DNA of 64,000 nucleotides, taken from the IMG/VR virus record IMGVR_UViG_3300044796_000662, positions 186,001 through 250,000 of that record; one strand, given 5' to 3'. Shown here in pieces: positions 27,060 to 34,832 of this stretch (position 1 is its first letter; the number at the start of each line of letters is the position of its first letter). The notes below the pieces were generated by a model. The model saw only the letters and a program-made list of their open reading frames with translations, did no database searches and was not told the DNA's origin. The translations under genes were made by a program, and so were the position numbers.

Positions 27060-28018
27060 CCGGACCCTCCCACAAAAGCCTTCGGGCGACCCACTGTGCG
27101 TGGATGCTCGATGCCGAACTCCTTGAGATAGCGGCTGACGGTGTTGTATCCGACGTTCAAACGTCGCCCGATCTCCCGAAGAGGCACTCCTTCGGTTGCT
27201 AGCTCTTGGAGTGCCTCTCTGGTGAGGGTCTTCCGGACCTGGTAATGCGGCCCCTGGAAGCCAAACGTCAACTTCTTAGACGTCATGCACTCCGGCATGT
27301 GCGGCTTGACAAGGGAGATGAAGAGGTGGGCCTGCTCCTCCCCGTCGAAAATGAAGTCGCCAGTAGTCTCTGTGTGCCACTCCCACCTGGGATACAGGCT
27401 GAACTTCGCGAAGATGTCGAACGCGATCTGACGGCTCTCAGGAGACAAGCCAAACGTGATGCGAGGCCACCAGCCGATGGACCCATCGTCCATGTACCAG
27501 ATAGCCAGGGCGAACGCGTCCACGTACTGGATGACCTCAGGGCGGAGTCTCTTCACGGTGCTAGTGCCGTAGAACAGATCGAACCACTGGTTGAGGAGCC
27601 GATGAGCAGCCGTCTCGAAACGCCACCCCTGAAAGTCCTTCCCCTTGAGAGTCCAGGTGACCGACTTCACTCCAGACTTCACCCAGGTACCCCACTCGGA
27701 GACCTTCCACTGAAGGTACTCCTTCTGATCGTTGCCATGGTTTTCGCGGAAACGGGTCGAGTGCGTCAGTCGTTGTAGACTACCATCGCCCAACATCGAG
27801 CCCACGAGAAACGATCGAAGGCGGCCTTCAATGGGTACCACCTCATGACGCTCGGTTCTCTGGACCGTCTCGATACAGAACCTCTTCCTCCAGGAACGAA
27901 CCCTCTTGAGAGTCACGTCAAGCCCGAGACGATCAACGATCTCGGCGTCAGTCAGTTTCTCTTCTCGATAGAGCCGGTGCAGTTCCTCTGCGGTAACAGG
28001 GCAAGGTATAGGTCGCAT
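27056..28018 (-). mobile_element. Free-standing LAGLIDADG homing endonuclease with terminal HTH domains
   Basis: Motif 1 FLVGSMLGDGSL, motif 2 LAIWYMDDGS; HTH LREIGRRLNVGYNTVSRYL; more AT-rich than flanks. Confidence 0.85.
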
Positions 28019-28026
28019 GTTGGTAC

Positions 28027-28034
28027 CTACACCG
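28027..28034 (-). promoter_or_regulatory. CGGTGTAG candidate promoter element
   Basis: 8 nt before ATG 28018, just downstream of the capsid terminator. Confidence 0.65.
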
Positions 28035-28063
28035 ATCAGATAGGGACATTATGCAGAAAGCAC

Positions 28064-28103
28064 AAAAGCGAAAGGGCCACCTCTTTCGAGGTAGCCCTTT
28101 CGC
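28064..28103 (-). terminator. Rho-independent terminator after major capsid gene
   Basis: GCGAAAGGGCTACCTC-GAAA-GAGGTGGCCCTTTCGC-TTTT. Confidence 0.9.
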
Positions 28104-28133
28104 CTGGTTAGCTGCTTTTACAGCTAGTTACGC

Positions 28134-29015
28134 TTAGAAGCGTGTGACAACGAGGCGGGTCAACCCACGTGGGTTGAAGGCACCGATGCCCACATTTTCA
28201 AAGCACGAGAAGCCGATGGTGCGGGCCTTGGGGTCGTCGGCGCTGAGAACCGTCAGCTCCGTACGGACGGGGAAGCGTCCGAAGTTTTCCGGCTCGGCGC
28301 ACACGTAGACGAAGCCCACGGGCACGAGGCGGGAGATGATGATCTGAGCGCCCCAGAGGACCGCTTGCAGACCCGTCTTGAGCAGCGTCGCCTGGCTCTC
28401 GATGTCCAGGATGTCGCGGCCGAACTTGCGGATGTCCGCGTAGTCAACCGCGTTCATGTAGATACGGGCAACCCGGAGGTCGTTCCGCTCCACCTCTGCG
28501 AACGCGTCAGCGAGGACGCTCGGGCTGATCGGAGCAACCACCGACACGTCGGGGTTGGTCTGACCGGGGAGGGTGTCGAAGCCCGAGACAGCGATGCTGT
28601 CCAGAACCGCGAACACGCGCTCGTCCTCGGCGGCCTGAATCTGCGCCTTCGCGAGATCCTGGGCGCGCTCGATCAGGTCGAAGCGACGCTCCTTGATCTG
28701 CGTGAGCGGGATTTCCGGGTTCGAGGCGACCTCGAACAGCGGGAAGATCACGCGGCGCGGCTTCTGGATCGCGAGGATGTTCTCGCCTTCCTCGCCGACG
28801 ACGAAGGCCGTGACTTCCGGGTCCTTGTCGTAGATGGGGAGAGCGCCGTCAGGAAGCTGCTCGACCAGGAAGGTCTTGCGGCCGACTGCGGTGTAGTCGC
28901 GACGCAGCCGAAGCGGCTGGATCATCGACGCGGCCAGCTTGGAGCGACCGGCAGCGGTCTTGATGTACTCCGAGATGATCGCCTGCTTGGTCTCGTTGGA
29001 AACGGTGGGCATCAT
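28134..29015 (-). CDS. Major capsid protein (HK97 fold)
   Basis: E-loop LPIYDKDPEVTAFVVGEEGE, FDLIERAQDLAKAQIQAAEDERVF helix, LWGAQIIISRLVP, FENVGIG..NPRG; follows protease-scaffold-decoration genes; strong terminator; highly biased codons. Confidence 0.88.
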   Translation of the reverse strand: MMPTVSNETKQAIISEYIKTAAGRSKLAASMIQPLRLRRDYTAVGRKTFLVEQLPDGALPIYDKDPEVTAFVVGEEGENILAIQKPRRVIFPLFEVASNPEIPLTQIKERRFDLIERAQDLAKAQIQAAEDERVFAVLDSIAVSGFDTLPGQTNPDVSVVAPISPSVLADAFAEVERNDLRVARIYMNAVDYADIRKFGRDILDIESQATLLKTGLQAVLWGAQIIISRLVPVGFVYVCAEPENFGRFPVRTELTVLSADDPKARTIGFSCFENVGIGAFNPRGLTRLVVTRF

Positions 29016-29055
29016 GGCTTTTCTGGGCTCCTCTTCTTGTCCTTGGGGATCTTCT

Positions 29056-29682
29056 TCAGATCCTCATGTCGATCACGAGGAGCGACGAGTTGGCGTCCGG
29101 GGCGACCTTGACGACGCCGATGAGCGTCGGAGCGGGGTTGCCGGACACGTTGTACTCATACGCGTCCGTGCTCAGGTTCGTGATGAGCCCGTTGACGGAA
29201 GCGTAAACCTTGTCACCGGGGTTGTAGGTGACGGCCTGGCCAGCGGTGACGCTGCCCTGGGTGATCTGACCCTTGGTCTCGTAGACCGAGAGGGCGACGC
29301 ACGAGCCCGTGCCGCAGACGTACGGACCACGGCCGCTGGCGACGCCAGGGGTGTTCTCGTACGCGTTGCCGATGGCGTCGTTCAGGAAGATGCCGAGAGG
29401 CTGGCAACCCGACGCGTAGGACGTCGTGTTGGGGCCCCCGTGGTAGCCGTTGCCGTAGTCGGGGCGCGTCATGGCGACGGTGCCGCCGAGGACGCCGACC
29501 TTGGTGATGGATGCGAGGGTGGAGGAGACCTGGCTGGTGACCTTGCAGGGGTTCGCTTGCGTGAACGCGTCCGGCGTCAGGAGGCCCAGGGAGTTCCTGG
29601 TCACGACGTGGAGGAGTTGAACGCGAGCCGAAGTCTCCTTGAAGTCACCCGAGCCCTGGCCGCCGATTGCGAAGGTCGTCAT
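29056..29682 (-). CDS. Capsid decoration/cement protein
   Basis: Immediately upstream of MCP; PLGIFLND...YET...YNPGDKVYASVNGLIT...IGVV. Confidence 0.7.
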   Translation of the reverse strand: MTTFAIGGQGSGDFKETSARVQLLHVVTRNSLGLLTPDAFTQANPCKVTSQVSSTLASITKVGVLGGTVAMTRPDYGNGYHGGPNTTSYASGCQPLGIFLNDAIGNAYENTPGVASGRGPYVCGTGSCVALSVYETKGQITQGSVTAGQAVTYNPGDKVYASVNGLITNLSTDAYEYNVSGNPAPTLIGVVKVAPDANSSLLVIDMRI

Positions 29683-29746
29683 GTCGATCTCCTAGATGCG
29701 AACAGGCGTTGAGGTTGGGTGATCTGATTCGATCTTCATCTACTGA

Positions 29747-29779
29747 GTTGGGCCCAAGTAGTAAACTATTGGGCCCAAC
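29747..29779. repeat. Intergenic inverted repeat made of two TTGGGCCCAA palindromes
   Basis: GTTGGGCCCAA-GTAGTAAACTA-TTGGGCCCAAC. Confidence 0.8.
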
Positions 29780-29791
29780 CAGGGAGTTGCT

Positions 29792-31153
29792 TCACTTGAT
29801 GCCGAAGTGCTCGCGGACGTCGGGAGCCGACGACCAGAGGTTCGACAGCTTGTCGATGTCCGAGGAGGCCGTCTTCACTGCCGGGGCGCTGGCGCCACCG
29901 ACCTTGGAGACACCCTGCGAGGGACGCGTGCCGACCGTGCGAGCGGCGGGCTGTGCGACCATGGATGCCTGCTTCTCCTGGCCCTGGCTCATCTGCTGAG
30001 CCTTCTCGGCGTCCTGCGACTCCTGAGTGGCGAAGAGCGTCTTGAGGACGTCGTCATCCGGTCCGAGCTGAACCTCGCCCATGTCCATGGTCGGGGGTTC
30101 GAGTTCGATGTCGCCGATGCCGGGACCCATGTCACCACCGGGGGCGGGGGCGAGCATCTGGTCGAGGAGGGCGTCATCGCCCGCCTGCACCTGGATCTGC
30201 TCCTGCTCCTGGATGGGGGCCTGCTCCTGTTGCTGGCCCTGACCCTGTTGCTGCATGAGGGCCTGGATTTGTTGCTGGACGGCTTGCTGCACCATCTGCT
30301 GCATCGACTGTTGGTCCATGCCCGCTTGTTGGACCTGGTCCTGTTGCTGCGCGACGGGTGCCGGCGCTGCCGCTTGCTGTTGCTGCGGCTGACCACCCTG
30401 GCCCTGGCCGCCCTGCTCCTGACCCTGGTCCTGAGCCTTCTTGCTCGCGACCGGGTTGTTCTTGCCCCACTGGCCGCCGGGGAAGTCGGCCTGCGAGCCC
30501 TGTTGCTGCTTCATGGCCTCTTGGACCATCTGCTGCACGGCGCCCATCATGGCCTGTTGGTCACCTTGCTGCATGGCCTGCATGCACTGCTCGGCAGCCG
30601 ACTGGTAGCTCGACGCTTGCTGTTGCTGGTCCTGCGCCTGAGCGACGGGAGCCGGCGCGGCAGCCTGTTGCTGCTGCGGCTGGCCCTGTCCACCCTGGCC
30701 CTGACCCTGCTCCTGATCCTGAGCGAGACGCTGGAAGGTCTCGATGAGGTCAGCGTCGGGGAGCGCCATGAGCGAGACCGCCTGGTCCTCGACCACGTTC
30801 TCGGCGACCTTGGGGCCGAGCATCTGGCGAGCGACCTTCACGCAGAGGTCGGCCTTCTTGACGAGAAGCTGCGTAGAGGCAGCCTTCGCAAGCTCCGGGT
30901 GGTTGAAGGTCTCGGGGCGGAAGTCGGCAAGACCGACCTCGTCGCGCTTGGTAGCGCCGCCCGAGTATTCCTTCTCCCACTCGTTGGGGGAGTGGACGTC
31001 CTCAGCCCAGCTCGACGGAGTACCGTTCATGTACTTGTCGGCGCGGGGGTTCTGGGACACGTGGTCCTGGTTCATGAGATAGGGGTCAGCGGTCTTGCCC
31101 ATGGCAGCCGTCCGCTGGATCTCGTTCCGGTTCCAAGTGGTGCGTTCACGCAT
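29792..31153 (-). CDS. Gln-rich scaffolding/core protein
   Basis: Between protease and decoration/MCP; low complexity; ATG 31153 has GGAG SD. Confidence 0.65.
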   Translation of the reverse strand: MRERTTWNRNEIQRTAAMGKTADPYLMNQDHVSQNPRADKYMNGTPSSWAEDVHSPNEWEKEYSGGATKRDEVGLADFRPETFNHPELAKAASTQLLVKKADLCVKVARQMLGPKVAENVVEDQAVSLMALPDADLIETFQRLAQDQEQGQGQGGQGQPQQQQAAAPAPVAQAQDQQQQASSYQSAAEQCMQAMQQGDQQAMMGAVQQMVQEAMKQQQGSQADFPGGQWGKNNPVASKKAQDQGQEQGGQGQGGQPQQQQAAAPAPVAQQQDQVQQAGMDQQSMQQMVQQAVQQQIQALMQQQGQGQQQEQAPIQEQEQIQVQAGDDALLDQMLAPAPGGDMGPGIGDIELEPPTMDMGEVQLGPDDDVLKTLFATQESQDAEKAQQMSQGQEKQASMVAQPAARTVGTRPSQGVSKVGGASAPAVKTASSDIDKLSNLWSSAPDVREHFGIK

Positions 31154-31199
31154 GGGAGGCTCCAACCTTTTCTCGAACACTCAGGGTTTATAGATAGAT

Positions 31200-32711
31200 T
31201 CACGACCCCAAAGCGAAGAGGCGGCCCTTGTCGATCAGGGCAGACGCTTCATCTGGGCTGAGGTCACGGCCCACGAACTGACGGCAAGCCGCCAAATACG
31301 ATGCGATGTCGTTGTACGCGCCCATCCCGTTAACCGCCAAAACAGCGCGGTAAATGCGGGATTCTCCCGCCATAGAGGAGCGCTTCATCATGTCCATCAT
31401 CCGAGATACGGCGAGAAGCTCACGCCCAGAGAAGCTGCCGGTCTTCACCAGCGAACTCCACCCGCCGCTCTTGTACAGCACAAGTCCCAAAAGGATTTTC
31501 TTGGCTGCCTTTGGATTCTTCACAGTCGCGATCACACCACGAGCGATTCCATTCCACTCGGGGGTCTTGAGCGCGGACTTGATGATGGACTCGTTCTCGC
31601 GGTTCTCGTTGAGGTCAGCGGCGTTGCCGGACTCACTCTTCGAGATCTCACTGCGGACCTTCTTGATGGCCTCTTCGCGCACCGCGTCCGCGAGATCTTC
31701 AATCGCCTTTTGAATGGGCGTCTTCTCGCTCTTGCCGGCGTCAGCCTTGGGGGTCTCTTCCTTGGGGTCGTCCATCCCAAAGTCCTGCGCGAGGATCTTG
31801 CGAACCGCGGGCGGGATAGCGACCTTGAGCTGACCCTGGCTGCGAGCTGCCTTCTGGATTCCAACACCCGGCTGCGCGACGCGAGCGGGCTGCGAGAAGG
31901 CCACCTGCATCTTGCCGTTGATGTTCTCGATGTCCTCGGCAGAGAGGATGTTGCGGAGCACCGCGCCCGTGAAGGCGGGGTTGGCTACCCAGCTCGCCTC
32001 GATGAAGCGAACGGAGCCCGGCTCCTCATCCACGTGACCGCACAGCTCGGCGACCTTGCGCTTCTTGCCGAACGAATCGTAGAAGTCCGAGCCCTTGAAG
32101 TATTTGACGTGGGGGCAGAGCTGCGTCTCGTCGTAGGCGACGTTGCCGCACTTGGTGCAGAGCGTGAAGCCGACCTGGCAGCCCATCGAAAGCGTCGAGA
32201 GCTGGCCGCTGGAGATGGCCTCGATGAGGGGCTTGTGCTTCCGATCCGTCGCGACGAGGATGTCCACGTAGATCGAGTCACCGATGTCACGCGCAGCGCT
32301 GTCGATGATCTTGCCCTTCGACAGCTCGGGGATCTGGATGTGCTCGACGTAGTTCTCTCCGCCCGTGAAGGTGCGGAACGACGAGAGCAGGAGCTTCTTC
32401 TCCCAGCAGTCGTTGTTGTTGTTGATGTACTTGAGTGTGTTGGGGGTGACCTGCCAGTCGGCGAACTTGCGCTCGATCTGGAAGCCGTCCACGACCATAC
32501 GGCCAAGCGGCTGATCAACCTTCTCGGTCTCGACCGAGGCGATGATCGTGCAGTGCGAGAGGAGGTAGCGCTTCGGGTCGTACTTCTCCAGAACGACCTT
32601 GGCGGCGTTGCGGCTGTTGAACCCCGTGGCCTTCGCGCACACCGCGTCCCATCCAGCGAAGGTGATCGCGGGCTTGACGAGATTGGCGTTTGCGTACTTG
32701 TTGAAGGCCAT
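31200..32711 (-). CDS. Prohead maturation protease (HK97/assemblin-type Ser protease with Zn insert)
   Basis: NNNNDCW, YVEH (His), KGKIIDS, LSMGC (Ser), CTKC...CPH insert, FIEASWVANPAFTGA. Confidence 0.8.
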   Translation of the reverse strand: MAFNKYANANLVKPAITFAGWDAVCAKATGFNSRNAAKVVLEKYDPKRYLLSHCTIIASVETEKVDQPLGRMVVDGFQIERKFADWQVTPNTLKYINNNNDCWEKKLLLSSFRTFTGGENYVEHIQIPELSKGKIIDSAARDIGDSIYVDILVATDRKHKPLIEAISSGQLSTLSMGCQVGFTLCTKCGNVAYDETQLCPHVKYFKGSDFYDSFGKKRKVAELCGHVDEEPGSVRFIEASWVANPAFTGAVLRNILSAEDIENINGKMQVAFSQPARVAQPGVGIQKAARSQGQLKVAIPPAVRKILAQDFGMDDPKEETPKADAGKSEKTPIQKAIEDLADAVREEAIKKVRSEISKSESGNAADLNENRENESIIKSALKTPEWNGIARGVIATVKNPKAAKKILLGLVLYKSGGWSSLVKTGSFSGRELLAVSRMMDMMKRSSMAGESRIYRAVLAVNGMGAYNDIASYLAACRQFVGRDLSPDEASALIDKGRLFALGS

Positions 32712-32714
32712 TGT

Positions 32715-33026
32715 TCAACCCCTGCCGAAGCGCTCCTTCATCTGGTTCGCGATGATCTCGCAGGTCTCGCCCAGGCCACGAATGGCGGGCTCCACATGCA
32801 GAAGGACCATCGTAGGATCTTCGGTCCGGCCGACTCCGATGCTCTTCATCCCCTTGGAACGCTTGTCGGCTTCCTCTATCGCCTTGAGGATGGCGTCAAA
32901 GCCCTTCTGGATAACCTTGATGGCCTCGTGCTCGGCCTTCTTCTCCAGGATCGCCGAAGCCTCTTCCCACTGCGCGGGACTGGAGGCGACCTTCATGACA
33001 GTTTGGACTGCTTCGCGGTTCTTCAT
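32715..33026 (-). CDS. Hypothetical protein (putative internal head protein)
   Basis: Tightly packed ORF; MKVAS, KKAE motifs. Confidence 0.65.
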   Translation of the reverse strand: MKNREAVQTVMKVASSPAQWEEASAILEKKAEHEAIKVIQKGFDAILKAIEEADKRSKGMKSIGVGRTEDPTMVLLHVEPAIRGLGETCEIIANQMKERFGRG

Positions 33027-33029
33027 CGC

Positions 33030-33641
33030 TCAGGTCCAGCCCATCTTCTTGAAGATCTTGCCGAGGGCGTCGTTGCCGTCTTGGACGGCCTTGTACGCTG
33101 CCTCGTAGTGCTTCTGCACCTCTTGGATCTCCGGGTGGAGTTCCTTGAGGTGGGCGTACTTGCGCAGAGTGATGTTGATCTCCTGAAGCGCCGTGAAGGC
33201 GTTCCACATCACCTTGCTCTGCATGCCGTAGAGCACGTTGGTTGCGGCACGAGCTTCCTCGCTCGCGGGTTCCTTACCCTCGGCGGCGAACCGACTGGCG
33301 ACTCGCTCTGCGATCGTCTTCTTGCTAGCTTCGCGGTCGTGCCAACCGGGCTTGATCTTGTACCCGAGAGAGGACATGTACTCGTCGTCCATGATCTTGG
33401 CGTGTGGGATCGCCAGAACACGGCGGCCTGGACCAAGCGAGCCGTCCTTCTTGACGGGGTAGTAGTAGTGCTCGTCAGGGAAGTCGTACTTGAGCCCCAC
33501 ATTCTTGTGAGGGAACTGGCTGACGGCCCTTCGCTGGTCTGTCGAGGACAGATCCTTGAACGCAACATAGGCATTCGCTCGGGCGTCACCCAGCAGCTTT
33601 GCCTCGTGAGGGCTCATGAAAGCAGAGTCCCAGTTCTTCAT
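33030..33641 (-). CDS. Hypothetical protein (putative internal head protein)
   Basis: TGATG-coupled start; AERVASRF motif. Confidence 0.7.
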   Translation of the reverse strand: MKNWDSAFMSPHEAKLLGDARANAYVAFKDLSSTDQRRAVSQFPHKNVGLKYDFPDEHYYYPVKKDGSLGPGRRVLAIPHAKIMDDEYMSSLGYKIKPGWHDREASKKTIAERVASRFAAEGKEPASEEARAATNVLYGMQSKVMWNAFTALQEINITLRKYAHLKELHPEIQEVQKHYEAAYKAVQDGNDALGKIFKKMGWT

Positions 33642-34375
33642 CACCACTCCACCGGCTCCCCGTCAGGACCAACCAGGTCAGACTGCTTGAGGAGGAAGAG
33701 GTCCTTCGGGCAAGCGAACAGACGAGCGCGAGCGCCCTTGTCCATCTTGTAGGTCGTCTTGCGCATCGCGGTGCCGCACTTGGGGCACGCCGGCTTGCGA
33801 GTGTCGAGGTCACCCGACGTTGCACGGTACTGACGGTTGGACGCAGCCCAGTACGCCGCCGTCTTCGCCGTCTTGTAGACGTGCTGTGTGATCCGGAGAT
33901 CCGCGAGGTTGTTCGCGACGAGGTAGAACTTCTGCACCTCGTCACGAACCGCCATGTCCTGCGCGCCCTGCGAGGCGTAGCGCCTCCACAGCTCGTCGTA
34001 GGCAAGCACCTCACTGGCACCCTTGGCCCAGAGAAACGCCATGTCCTGGTGGAAGCCTCGCGGCAACTCGGTCGTCTTCCAGAGCTTCTGCCCTGCCACC
34101 TTGCGGTCCTGGATGACGTCCTCGGACACGTACGTCTGATCGAGCGTCGGAGGGAACCAGCCCTGGATGCGCGAATCGACGCGGATCACGTCGTCGGGGA
34201 AGACGCGCTCGTTGCCGTACGGGAACTGCACATCAATGACCCCAAGACCACGATGGACGGCAGTCACGCGGCCCAGGAACGGGGAGAGGCCGAAACCGCC
34301 CATCCCTGGCCAGTACCGCATGACTGAGTCGCCGGTCTTGAAATCCCGGGTGAGCTTCCAGTAGTCGATCGCCAC
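33641..34375 (-). CDS. SH3-like plus zinc-ribbon protein
   Basis: FKTGDSV...GRVTAV...IDVQF; CPKC...ACPKD. Confidence 0.65.
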   Translation of the reverse strand: MAIDYWKLTRDFKTGDSVMRYWPGMGGFGLSPFLGRVTAVHRGLGVIDVQFPYGNERVFPDDVIRVDSRIQGWFPPTLDQTYVSEDVIQDRKVAGQKLWKTTELPRGFHQDMAFLWAKGASEVLAYDELWRRYASQGAQDMAVRDEVQKFYLVANNLADLRITQHVYKTAKTAAYWAASNRQYRATSGDLDTRKPACPKCGTAMRKTTYKMDKGARARLFACPKDLFLLKQSDLVGPDGEPVEW

Positions 34376-34402
34376 GGGTTCCTCGCGACGGCCTTGCCGT
34401 GA

Positions 34403-34801
34403 TCAGGTGCCGGAGGTGAACGGTCCGTGCCCCGGAGCGAGCTTGCGGCCCGTCGAGTCCATGCCGTGCTGAACGACGCTGGACTGGTCCGGCATGTTGT
34501 AGCGCTCCATGTACGGCTCATCAGCGTCACGCTGGTGAACCTCCATGGGGTTCTTGAAGGTCTGCATGTAAGGCTCGTCCGCCTCACGCTTGATGACCTC
34601 GGCCTGTCGCTTCGTGAACGACTCCTTGCCGAACGACGCGAGTTCAACCGCGTCAGCGGTCTTGTCGAGATCGTTGACGACGGCCTTCGCGACTTCGAAG
34701 GGCATCCCCCACGACTCGTAGTTGGCCTGGATGGTCTGAGCCATCTTGTCGAGGCGGGTGAGGATTGCCTCGGCATCCTGAGCTGCGAACTTGGGCATCA
34801 T
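34403..34801 (-). CDS. Hypothetical head-region protein with tandem RxADEPYM repeats
   Basis: Start MMPKFAA at 34801 (GGAG SD); upstream extension in ORF track overlaps another gene. Confidence 0.7.
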   Translation of the reverse strand: MMPKFAAQDAEAILTRLDKMAQTIQANYESWGMPFEVAKAVVNDLDKTADAVELASFGKESFTKRQAEVIKREADEPYMQTFKNPMEVHQRDADEPYMERYNMPDQSSVVQHGMDSTGRKLAPGHGPFTSGT

Positions 34802-34832
34802 GGTGCGTTCTCTCCGTGCGGTCTGAGGTGGC

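Noticed and set aside
28134-29015. Encapsulin nanocompartment with ferritin-like cargo
   Set aside because: Terminase, portal, protease, scaffold and neck genes show it is a phage capsid; the Dps-like gene is ~26 kb away
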